Source of the DNA: an uncultured Candidatus Saccharibacteria bacterium
GTDB taxonomy: Bacteria > Patescibacteriota > Minisyncoccia > Phycocordibacterales > UBA9973
Direction: 5' to 3'
Assembly: GCA_964544225.1 (NCBI GenBank)
Contig: CAZIZK010000003.1
Coordinates: 8,419-72,418, forward strand
Length of the DNA: 64,000 nt
This document shows, in pieces, positions 58,301 through 64,000 of the stretch (its first letter is position 1; the number at the start of each line of letters is the position of its first letter). Under the pieces are notes generated by a model. The model did no database searches. It saw nothing but the letters and a program-made list of their open reading frames with translations, and was not told the origin of the DNA. Both the position numbers and the translations under genes were made by a program.

Positions 58301-61074
58301 CCCTCGCGAAAAGAGTACGATGTTCCACTTAACACACCAGTGGATCCTGTAATAGTTCCTGTTTGTAAAATTACCGCACCTACACTATCAGTAAAAGTAG
58401 CAATATCGAGTGTTCCACCATTGACCGTCACATTACCAGAAGATATAGCATTACTTATAGAATAAAGTAGTGTTCCTTGGTTTACAGAAGTAAGCCCTGT
58501 ATAGTTTTTCGCAGAAGAAAATTCCAAAGTACCTGCACCACTTTTAGTAAGACCAGTAGACCCTGTGATATTTGAAGAGATTGTTAGATTTACTGGATTT
58601 AATACATGCAATTCCACAGCACCACCTGCAATTGTAGTGTTGGCCCCAGCAATAGTGTTACTGGAAACTAAGTTCAATATATTACCTGAGGTAAGTGTGA
58701 TAGTTTGTGATGTTCCTGCATCAGTTATATCGGCTGAGCCACTTAGTATAAGTGAGTTAATAGAAGATGTAGCTGCTACTGTAGTGGTTGATAGTTTTAC
58801 ATTGGCATTGGTTGCCAATGTAAATGCATATTCACCGGAGAACCCAGCCCCATTTAGTAGGCGCAAACCATTACTATTACCCACACCATATGTAACCATA
58901 TCAGTACCAGTGCCACTTGTCGAATCATCACCAAATGCTCCGGCAATGATACTAATAGTTGTAGAGTTCGCAAGGCCAGCACTACCTGTCAAAGTTGGGG
59001 CTGTTTTGAACAATAAAGTCGAAACATTGGCAGCAGGAGTTGAGCCAAATGAATTACCTCGGAATAGTATGGATGAGCCCGCCGTTCGCGTGAGTGACGC
59101 GAACTGCATCGTCGTGGACCCTCCCGACCCGGGGTCAATAGTTATAATATTATTACCTGATTGCGTGGCTATACCAGATGTTAGTACACCCGCACTTTCG
59201 TCCATATCTGCCGAGCTTGAACCTATCATTTCAAATTCACCACCGTTCATTGTCAGTGCCAATGAATCAGCCAGGCGGTCAACTACAGTTGATGAGCTAC
59301 TATTATCTAGTGTCAGTTTACCACCCGAGCTTATAGTCATAGTAGTTGAAAGAGGCATTGCCCCACTACCACTGAGCACCAAATTACCATAGTTAATATT
59401 TGTCGCGCCGGTAAAGTTATTGAAGGCTTGTAGAGTTAGTGTACCAGCATCCTGCTTGGTCAACGTTGCACTTGTACCATATATAGGTGCATCCGAGGCA
59501 AAAGTAGTATTACCCAAACCACCAATAGTAAGGCCGAATGTGACTGCTGAAATACCTTTGTCATCAATAGTAAGTGTAGTACCAGTATCTGCCTCTATCA
59601 TGGCTGCCGCACCCATTGTGAGCAAGCCTGTCAAAGTATTACTACCGGTAGTATTATGAATAGCAGCACTGTATAAATGCCCTGTTCCAGAAAATGTAAT
59701 ATATTCAGGGATTGAAAGACCTGTTCCGTCTATCTGCAGTGTTGCACCAGCAGATACAGTAGTAATACCATCGATCAAACCTAAAGAAAGACTATCTTGA
59801 ATTTTAAGTATACCAGCAGTTACTGTCGTAGCACCGGTGTACTGGTTTGGCCTTGTTAGTGTCACTGTACCTGTTGTACTTTTTGCCAATGTTCCAGCTT
59901 GACCTGCAATAATTGCACTGATTGTGCCTTGGTAAACTACCCATGATCCACTACTAAGCATTCCAGTAGATCCGGTAATTGTTCCCGAAGCTAAATCAAG
60001 GGTACCAAGTGTCACAGTACCCACCATGTCTGAATATGTTGCAATGTCCAGTGTCCCCCCTGTAACAAACACAGTTCCTGATAAAATTGCATTATCTGTT
60101 CCATAAAGAAGTGTTCCAGCATTTATAGTTGTAGCGCCTGTATAAGTATTTGGGAAATTATATGTCAGTGTACCTGCACCATTTTTCGTAACAGTACTAA
60201 CAGCTGTAGCAATAGGTGCTGTTGAGTATGTAACATTCCCCGCACCATCTATCACCAATGGGAATGCCCCAGCCATACCACCTTTTAATGTTAGTGTTCC
60301 AGAGTCTGACGCTATTTCGGTACCACCACCCGATGATAGGGTGATGAGTCCACCATAACTATTACTACCACTAATATTGCGAAGTGCGCCACCTCCAGAA
60401 ACACCGTACCCGCGCAGTGCCAATGCTTCATAACTAATATTTATATCTCCTTGCAGTTCCAATGCTGCACCACCGACAACTTCCGTACCTGCCAAGTATG
60501 TTCCAAGAGATCTATTGTTTCTTGCATTAACAACACCCACATTTATTTTTAAAATTCCACCAAAAGTATTGGCACCAGATAATATCAAAGTTCCAGTTCC
60601 TTCTTTGTTGATACCGCCCACACCAGCAATACGCCCACTGATAGTTAGACTCTCGGCAGTATTAGTAACAAAAATATCTCGAGTTGCATCGAGGCGAATA
60701 TCCAGTGCAATAGTGTTACCACCAGAAGAAGAACTATCTGTAATACCAGCAAGTCCTGCACCAAGGATTAATGGATTTCCAGAAAGGGTGTAACCACTAG
60801 CAGAGATAGTAATCGAATTGATAATTGTATTTTCAGTAAGATCATTTGTGTTGGAAAGATTTGATGCAGTGCCAGGAAATAATAAATCATCCCCCGTAAC
60901 AGGAGCAACACCACCTGACCAGTTAGAACCCACTGACCATGCACCACTTGTTGTACCTGTCCAAGTCCTTGTTGCAGCATATGCATCATGAAGATTAAAA
61001 ACAAAGAAAGAAAAACAAGCAATAGAAAAAATTGCTAATAATTTAATTATTTTATTGATTTGATTTTTAATCAT
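49378..61074 (-). CDS. Giant secreted surface protein of 3898 aa. It is built from autotransporter-associated (PATR-like) beta-strand repeats plus a BNR/Asp-box beta-propeller, and carries a C-terminal Gly-rich region followed by a hydrophobic tail.
   Basis: It has a signal peptide (MIKNQ...AYAATRTW). It contains dozens of degenerate repeats of about 30 aa of the type GAGTLTLSGANTYTGATTINAGTL. At about 51040..51760 it contains 6 to 7 S-x-D-x-G-x-T-W blades (YYSTNYGLTWT, YTSDDGGATWT, YVSTDYGVTWA, YVSTDDGANWT, YTSTDSGANWS, YTSDDAGVTWV). The C-terminus is a Gly-rich region followed by FMLWKFTPSYIPRFFALASAFKSFF. Confidence 0.85.
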   Translation of the reverse strand: MIKNQINKIIKLLAIFSIACFSFFVFNLHDAYAATRTWTGTTSGAWSVGSNWSGGVAPVTGDDLLFPGTASNLSNTNDLTENTIINSITISASGYTLSGNPLILGAGLAGITDSSSSGGNTIALDIRLDATRDIFVTNTAESLTISGRIAGVGGINKEGTGTLILSGANTFGGILKINVGVVNARNNRSLGTYLAGTEVVGGAALELQGDINISYEALALRGYGVSGGGALRNISGSNSYGGLITLSSGGGTEIASDSGTLTLKGGMAGAFPLVIDGAGNVTYSTAPIATAVSTVTKNGAGTLTYNFPNTYTGATTINAGTLLYGTDNAILSGTVFVTGGTLDIATYSDMVGTVTLGTLDLASGTITGSTGMLSSGSWVVYQGTISAIIAGQAGTLAKSTTGTVTLTRPNQYTGATTVTAGILKIQDSLSLGLIDGITTVSAGATLQIDGTGLSIPEYITFSGTGHLYSAAIHNTTGSNTLTGLLTMGAAAMIEADTGTTLTIDDKGISAVTFGLTIGGLGNTTFASDAPIYGTSATLTKQDAGTLTLQAFNNFTGATNINYGNLVLSGSGAMPLSTTMTISSGGKLTLDNSSSSTVVDRLADSLALTMNGGEFEMIGSSSADMDESAGVLTSGIATQSGNNIITIDPGSGGSTTMQFASLTRTAGSSILFRGNSFGSTPAANVSTLLFKTAPTLTGSAGLANSTTISIIAGAFGDDSTSGTGTDMVTYGVGNSNGLRLLNGAGFSGEYAFTLATNANVKLSTTTVAATSSINSLILSGSADITDAGTSQTITLTSGNILNLVSSNTIAGANTTIAGGAVELHVLNPVNLTISSNITGSTGLTKSGAGTLEFSSAKNYTGLTSVNQGTLLYSISNAISSGNVTVNGGTLDIATFTDSVGAVILQTGTITGSTGVLSGTSYSFREGTVSAIINGTGVALTRIATNTAPDSVVTLTRDNTYTGTTTITSGILKLGAAGGGTNTPLGIAGAGSETLIASGGALDLNGFTLGTAEAISSLAGTGYGASGSSNMGAIMNSSATPVSYSGALTLTAAARINADYGALTISGNASGNFALTFGGFSNLEYSGVRSGTSTIVKDGIGVLTLSNGNSSYTGATTISVGTVKIGAIAVGSNSPLGTTGGATSIATGSRLDLNGFSLGIAEPITNLNGVGYGLGDFASGAIINSSASAVTFTGLITLGAASTIKADNGDINLTAAGTISGAGFALTLGGTGTGTLSSIVGNTTGGVVKIGTGTWTLSGVSTYTGATAINLGTFKFGVSDAAGGGPLGVVTGATTVYSGAVLDLVTFSSSALAEPLTINGFGIDGGGAMISSNAAGATYLGTRALATDSRTTNNGAGTLTLSGIQSGAFESRYGGSGNITISAAIAATASSLYKDGSGTLNLTAANGHTGTTTVYAGTIAAGILNALSSGALVVKGGTYSMSTFSDTVGAVTLIGGSITSSSGVLTGTAYTMESGTVSAILAGAVAVTKNTNNTVTLTGVNTISSTTTINAGTLTISGSGSATATTITVNLGGTLTLDNSTTAVASRLGDALALTMNGGNFNFIGNSAAGSSETTGALTLSTGHNTVTVTPGTGGSTVMTFASLSRTAGATVLFRGTSLGTASAANISTLVFTATPTLTGAGGASSSTTVSVIKGAFGDTSLSGTGSDMVTYQGGTGLRLLNGAGFSGEYSTTLTTNTNVKLTADVAASTVSINSLILNGYGITNASATITLASASLSGNILMNSATNIAGANTTIGFGALELPVLSTNTSTISAILDTAAAGTLTLSGSGNVTLSASNAYTGTTFINGATLFAGASNVISSGGVTIVGGTYNLNGNSDTVGSISINAGTIATGAGTLTGNGTFTTVANNNVASIITGNLGLGANATFTIGDGLMDNDAFASAIISGGFTFAKAGAGAFMLSGNNTYSGATTISAGTLRLGAAGGGTNTPLGTTAGGTTVSGATAALDLNGYTLGTTEGLTLSGASLATGGLQNTSSTNVSYSGQIVLTTGAGTIIANYGDINITATGNMTGNTFGLTIGGAGNGTFASQLNTTSGTLTKNGVGVWTISGASSTFTGATTVSAGTLKLGAAGNGTNTPLGTNAGGISITSGAVFDLNGFTLGTAEALAINGTGIASIGAFINSSNNSISYSGVITPGATSRLANHGTGLFTLSGNIVGSTRAITFVTVGNITQSSSSVWSGTSTSLVKEGSGTLILAGQNSFTTGTVTVSTGVLQLGASGGATNTPLGTSGAGTTVSAGAVLDLSTYNLGGASTYETLAISGTGIKNGGALISSAASGTTNFGAVTVSANSIVTNSGAGTIAFTGAVGAAASINLWINGSGPTTISGVYGAATSATLTKDGAGTLTISAVATNTGLVRINGGTLAYGITDALATNAVTVAGGTWDLKGYSEGGTTIIGAVTLISGSIVNTGGAATITSSATYTVESGTISAVLAGAAIAMAKNTGGTVTLSAANTFAGTTTINAGTLAWGINNALSSGALTVTGGTADIATFTDTVGAVTLTSGSIIGSSGVLTGTSYPFASGTVSAILGGAIAVAKTTAGTVTMSGTNTYTGTTTITAGVLRATKSRALGDESANNTLIFNGGTLQAGGDISSPSGRAVTLTSAGTFDTNDYTITVAGTMGSASGLVKYGTGTLSTTGVVTLGSTMTINNGTYDQGNNLTSGAVTVATSGVWQNIGTGSVTLSSTVTNSGTITLNSGNGAFCVDGANSILVRSSVNNTTRAWSSGATGTGTFNLHNLDVDDMTGASVTVYNSTLSGDTTWTAANCISVSGTANGNDTATVKVAVNGTLGVSTGTISSSAWTVSVPATTNDIITTWVDNVADNLESTAITKYAGSGNITGMVLNTNVLTIGSNQNNSVSVTNMGQYEATDDEDVMHTSVTGALLVQGGSNSYTGETLSVLASNTLTVDSGSTESITTELLSNAGTITATGTPTINLSGTSGTLFTNSGVFTAASSTVDLTGNGSATVNSGTPTFYNLTSSGTGTKTLGANTTVTNITTISNGTLDTSFSNNYSLTTGKLVISGGTLTANNSTINLTASQGTLFTKSSGTFNSDTSTVNITNQSDQLSWVLSNYTQDVYSKIAVSANGARMIAGNASNGGMYYSTNYGLTWTQSNLTSGNASDAAMSADGLRAAVAVGTTIYTSDDGGATWTSRQTVSGVSGIAMSADGKKLAAVTWTVSNKVYVSTDYGVTWAASGSITSTSWNHISVSGDGTTMLASISNGQLYVSTDDGANWTPRGSSLNWKGVDTSYDGTKMVAGVYGGYIYTSTDSGANWSTNSNSSGSRNWFAVDSSADGQRLIATEYAGGGGANTQIYTSDDAGVTWVSQTDSDVSAAARYNSNGSSAGGLFAEGISTGTGYIRVTEPTTLASGTPSFYNLTLASGAYQNRLGEALTVTNNLTLTGGGLDTNAVSNYAISANKIILDGGTLSANASTISIAGTSGTLVTRSGNGYLDAGTSTVNLTGNGDATINSGSPVFYNLTSSGTGTKTLGAGITLATSGTLSVTAGTFNPATYLVTGTGTNTLSVGASGTIAVGASTFAGSYDSGFTTKTLNATSTVNYNLAGTQTIDQTLSYGNLTISTSGTKTLGGATTAVGTTTISGGTLDTSSGSSYTLNSGAISITGGTFLPNSSTINLSGAGTVFNYSSGTYTRTGETINLTDSSASSKTFAGGGQTFYNVVFAGTGTGDFIISGSNTFNKFSVINPPHTVKFTASSTQTVKEWDVKGTSDSLITLNSTSNGTDWNLYLAPTTAGYGAYTSEFISLRDSAASGNSNFISIHAGPGSVDDTTGGSTNTGWTFTFRSYGGGGGGVESSATPDADVGGGGQGGGGGGSEGSGNPDNPNSGGDQGGGGGGDIGFMLWKFTPSYIPRFFALASAFKSFF

Positions 61075-61231
61075 TTATACAACAACAGGACACAACAACA
61101 TTTATATATACATATTATATCGCATGGTAAAAGTAGTGTAAATCTAAAATAATCATTAAAACACATATAATTTCAGGCTAAATAATAGTGCTTTAGAAAC
61201 CAAATTCATATATAATATGTGTAGATAATAT

Positions 61232-62023
61232 ATGGCAAAGATAAAGCAAAAAGTTAATATTACAAACGCTGAGGAGGCTAAAATTCGTCGAGTTTGGAGT
61301 AACGAGAGGGATCGATGGTACTTCTCTATAACAGATGTTATGGGTGTATTGACCAACAGTGTAGATGCTCGCAACTATTGGAAGGCTCTAAAAAGTCGTT
61401 TAAAGACAAATCATAATCAGTTGGTTACTGATTGTAACCAACTGAAGATGGAAGCCAACGATGGCAAGTCGTACCTAGTAGATACAGCAGATTCAGATAC
61501 AATAATAAAAATTATACAGATAATAGCACCATATAATACCCCTGCTTTTAGAGCCTGGTTCGACCATATTGAGGTGGTAAATTCCATAAAAATAGACCAG
61601 GAAAATACAACGAGCTCTGATATTATAAAAGAAGAAGGATTTACTTCAGAAACAGGTGCAGATGAGTTATCCACAACTTTGGAACCAAGTATCGATATTT
61701 ATGAAAATCACAACAATATTATCGTTCAGGTCATGCTCGCTGGTGTATCCCCCGACAAGATAATCATTGCAGTAAATATGCACACGCTGACTATAAAAGG
61801 TGAGCGTCTTCGCCCAATAAATCTTTCAAGTAAAAATATAAACGTAGAATATTTATACAATGAACTTCAGTGGGGTCATTTCTATCGTGAGATAAATTTT
61901 GATACACTTATCGACGTTGACCAAGTTGAAGCAACAACACAAAGAGGTCTACTAAATATAAAGTTGCCTAAAATAGATCAAGATAAAAACAGGTTCATAA
62001 AAATAAAATCACTTGGTGAGTAA
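61232..62023 (+). CDS. Fusion protein with an N-terminal Bro-N/DinD-like domain and a C-terminal Hsp20/alpha-crystallin domain
   Basis: The N-terminal region is RRVWSNERDRWYFSITDVMGVLTNSVDARNYWKALK...NQLVTDCNQL. The C-terminal ACD is IDIYENHNNIIVQVMLAGVSPDKIIIAVNMHTLTIKGER...HFYREINFDTLIDVDQVEATTQRGLLNIKLPK. Confidence 0.65.
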   Translation: MAKIKQKVNITNAEEAKIRRVWSNERDRWYFSITDVMGVLTNSVDARNYWKALKSRLKTNHNQLVTDCNQLKMEANDGKSYLVDTADSDTIIKIIQIIAPYNTPAFRAWFDHIEVVNSIKIDQENTTSSDIIKEEGFTSETGADELSTTLEPSIDIYENHNNIIVQVMLAGVSPDKIIIAVNMHTLTIKGERLRPINLSSKNINVEYLYNELQWGHFYREINFDTLIDVDQVEATTQRGLLNIKLPKIDQDKNRFIKIKSLGE

Positions 62024-62049
62024 CCAAGTGATTTTATTTTTACTATTTT

Positions 62050-63003
62050 TTATTTACTTACAGCATACGCACGTTCCGATATTTCTTTCATCAACCCTAC
62101 AGCCCAATTCCTTGTTTCCAGACTACTATCTTTACCTTTGATAATTACGGTCAACATATATGGCTTATCATTTACATACACGATACCTGAGTCGGCAAAA
62201 ATATTGTATTGCACATTCTCGCCATATTTATGGGCAAACTTTACACCACTTGGTATACCTTGGGAAAGATAGTCTTTGAACACAGCTTGCGACATTAGTT
62301 CCAATATCTTTTCGGAATTTTCTGGTTCTAGATAATTCGAAGTATATAATACTCGCAATATGCGAGTATACTCCTTCGCAGATATAAAACCTTTTTCATT
62401 GTACAAATCTTCAAGCCCAGTTGCCTGTTGGAAAGAAATATAATCTGGGATATCTAATTGACGCCTAAAAATATTTTGAGCTGTATTGTCAGAATTTAAT
62501 AACAATTCTTCCAATAGATACTCGACTGTCAATTTGCGAGATCCTATACTTTTATATAATTCTCCAGAATCAGATGATACATCGGCCTCGGTAGCTTTTA
62601 ACTCTTGATCCCATTTTAACTTACCATCCTCTACCTTTTTAACTATCAGGATTGCTTGTACAAGCTTTGACAATGACGCCGGGAATAGGCGCAAATCCTT
62701 ACCAACAGATATGTTGGAGCCTGTATTGATATTTTCATAATATATAGATACATTGTCAGGGTACTTCTCTTCTAAATCATGCAAATAGACTCGCAAATCC
62801 TGAATGTTAGTAACATATGCATCTTTTGGCATAAGTTCACGCATTGGGTCTAGTAATTCATATTGCGACTTTGGCACGCTATTACTACACATAGAAATAA
62901 CCAAGACTGTTAGAATAATACAAGTAAACACAGCAAGAATCCGAAGGAATCTCTTTTGTGACTTTATCTTTTTATTTGTGACATTATTTATATTGTTCGA
63001 CAT
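62050..63003 (-). CDS. Membrane-anchored serine hydrolase of the class A beta-lactamase or low-MW PBP type
   Basis: It has an N-terminal transmembrane helix and the motifs SLSK (SxxK), SDN (LLNSDNTAQN) and HKYG (a KTG-like triad). Confidence 0.6.
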   Translation of the reverse strand: MSNNINNVTNKKIKSQKRFLRILAVFTCIILTVLVISMCSNSVPKSQYELLDPMRELMPKDAYVTNIQDLRVYLHDLEEKYPDNVSIYYENINTGSNISVGKDLRLFPASLSKLVQAILIVKKVEDGKLKWDQELKATEADVSSDSGELYKSIGSRKLTVEYLLEELLLNSDNTAQNIFRRQLDIPDYISFQQATGLEDLYNEKGFISAKEYTRILRVLYTSNYLEPENSEKILELMSQAVFKDYLSQGIPSGVKFAHKYGENVQYNIFADSGIVYVNDKPYMLTVIIKGKDSSLETRNWAVGLMKEISERAYAVSK

Positions 63004-63032
63004 ATAATTTTATATAATTGATAATCTTATAA

Positions 63033-64000
63033 CTATTCATTTGGGGTAGGTTCAGGGGCTTGATCTTGTGCAGGTTCTGAGCTTTGGTTTGTTAGTGTAC
63101 TGTCACCTTCTGTAGATGGGACTTCCTCTATTATCAATTCGTCTTGTGTTGGAATGTTGGTATTATCACCTGTGCCTGATTCTATAGGTGTATCTGTTAC
63201 TGGATCTGTGTTTGGTGCCGGTTCTGTATCAGGAGTTGGAGTTGGATTTGGATTTGGATTTGGATTTGGCTCTGGAGTCACTTCTGGTGTAGGTGTAGGA
63301 GTAGGAGTTGGAGTTGGAGTTGGACTCTCTATTGTAAGCCCTGGTATCACACTCTCGAATACTTTTGCATCTTTGACAGCAAGTGCTGTCCATGAGAAGC
63401 GGATATCTCGTGTAGCGTTCTTGTTCAATATGATAGTGAATCCATTCTGACTCTTGTTTATAACAAGTGACTTGATATCGTCTGCAAAGATCTGATCGGC
63501 GTCTTGGTCTGTTATATTGTCCCCTGTTTCAAATGATATTGTTGTGTTCACCACTGGTGTTGCTATGTATGGTGTGTCGAATGTTACCTCGACTTTCTTT
63601 GATCCTTGTTTTACTACAGCAAAGCCTGCTGTGTCCTTGTTGAACACAGGTGGTGTATTGAACTCGACATCCCCACCAAATACTGCACCTGCACTGAATT
63701 GTGCTTTGTTGTTGAAGAATGTTAGGCCGTTGAATGTAGAGTCCCCTGTGGCTTCCAAGCTTGTAGTTTGTACACTTGATAACCCTGCCCATGCATTTGC
63801 TTGTAACAATGCCTCTGCTGTAGACAACCTATCACCGAGGTTGGTATTTGTATTATTTATATCAGATATTTGTGTATTCATATCAGCAACATTGCTCTGT
63901 AATGCCTGGATACTAGTATTTACAGTGTCCATAACTAGCTTCATGTTTGCCTCATTTTCCTCTACTTTGGTAGCATCCGTACTGATAGATGTATTTACGG
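63033..64000 (-). CDS. Hypothetical secreted protein with a (PT)n/(PN)n low-complexity linker. Its 5' end may lie beyond the window.
   Basis: The minus-strand frame stays open from the annotated Met at 63944 to the window edge, so the true start is uncertain. The C-terminal half is the Pro/Thr/Asn-rich stretch TPTPTPTPTPEVTPEPNPNPNPNPTPTP. Confidence 0.5.
   Translation of the reverse strand, partial: VNTSISTDATKVEENEANMKLVMDTVNTSIQALQSNVADMNTQISDINNTNTNLGDRLSTAEALLQANAWAGLSSVQTTSLEATGDSTFNGLTFFNNKAQFSAGAVFGGDVEFNTPPVFNKDTAGFAVVKQGSKKVEVTFDTPYIATPVVNTTISFETGDNITDQDADQIFADDIKSLVINKSQNGFTIILNKNATRDIRFSWTALAVKDAKVFESVIPGLTIESPTPTPTPTPTPTPEVTPEPNPNPNPNPTPTPDTEPAPNTDPVTDTPIESGTGDNTNIPTQDELIIEEVPSTEGDSTLTNQSSEPAQDQAPEPTPNE
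63235..63330. repeat. (GGATTT)n/(GGAGTT)n hexanucleotide repeats that encode the PN/PT linker
   Basis: GGATTTGGATTTGGATTTGGATTTGG ... GGAGTTGGAGTTGGAGTTGGA. Confidence 0.6.

Noticed and set aside
49378-61074. Dozens of plus-strand ORFs of 60 to 275 aa inside the giant gene, for example 55940..56767, 58565..59392 and 52454..53056
   Set aside because: They are antisense to a continuous 11.7-kb minus-strand ORF. The reverse complement of the Gly/Thr/Ala/Ser-rich codon usage gives stop-poor Pro/Val/Ala-rich frames. They have no independent start context.
1-64000. A CRISPR array, rRNA operon, integrase, transposase or prophage
   Set aside because: I found no direct repeats with regular spacing, no rRNA-like conserved blocks, no recombinase or transposase ORF, and no tRNA-adjacent integrase. 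The only phage-flavoured element is the Bro-N-like domain of the Hsp20 fusion, which stands alone.

Overview
This is a gene-dense, low-GC 64 kb window from a bacterium with compacted genes. About 85% of it is coding and most genes lie on the minus strand. Several housekeeping proteins are domain-poor: a ProRS of only 419 aa, a ThrRS with no N-terminal TGS-like domain, a UvrC that ends without an HhH tail, a 756-aa SMC, and a 1059-aa RpoB. Together with the short intergenic spacers this suggests a reduced-genome lineage such as the Candidate Phyla Radiation or Saccharibacteria. That placement is inference only.

The first 43 kb is core housekeeping. It contains a consolidated nucleotide-excision-repair locus (uvrC-uvrA ... 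uvrB) next to ddl and tgt, then mreBC and proS, then the S2/EF-Ts pair. A co-directional rpoB-rpoC-dnaG-rpoD block follows with gaps of 8 and 16 nt. After it come rpsP-khpA-trmD, RNase R, smc-rnc-nusB, L32, thrS, rdgB and gyrB. There are two tRNA genes: a canonical tRNA-Thr(UGU), and a tRNA interrupted by an intervening sequence of about 95 nt.

The accessory part of the window is a probable minus-strand operon of about 17.5 kb at 43.5-61.1 kb. It encodes a 3898-aa secreted giant protein built from passenger-associated beta-strand repeats and a BNR/Asp-box beta-propeller. Downstream are a small membrane protein, a protein combining an FN3 domain, a poly-Gly linker and a type-I dockerin, and three tandem paralogous membrane-anchored cohesin-like proteins. 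I read this as a cohesin-dockerin cell-surface display or adhesion module and as the most interesting candidate system in the window.

Smaller unusual items are also reported. They include a NusB-NUDIX fusion, a fusion of a Bro-N/DinD-like domain with an Hsp20 domain, a lysine-repeat N-terminal tail on RpoD, a Cys/His-rich DUF378 membrane protein flanked by two thioredoxin-fold proteins and a processive GT2 synthase, and a 23-bp perfect palindrome. No CRISPR array, rRNA gene or obvious mobile element was seen.
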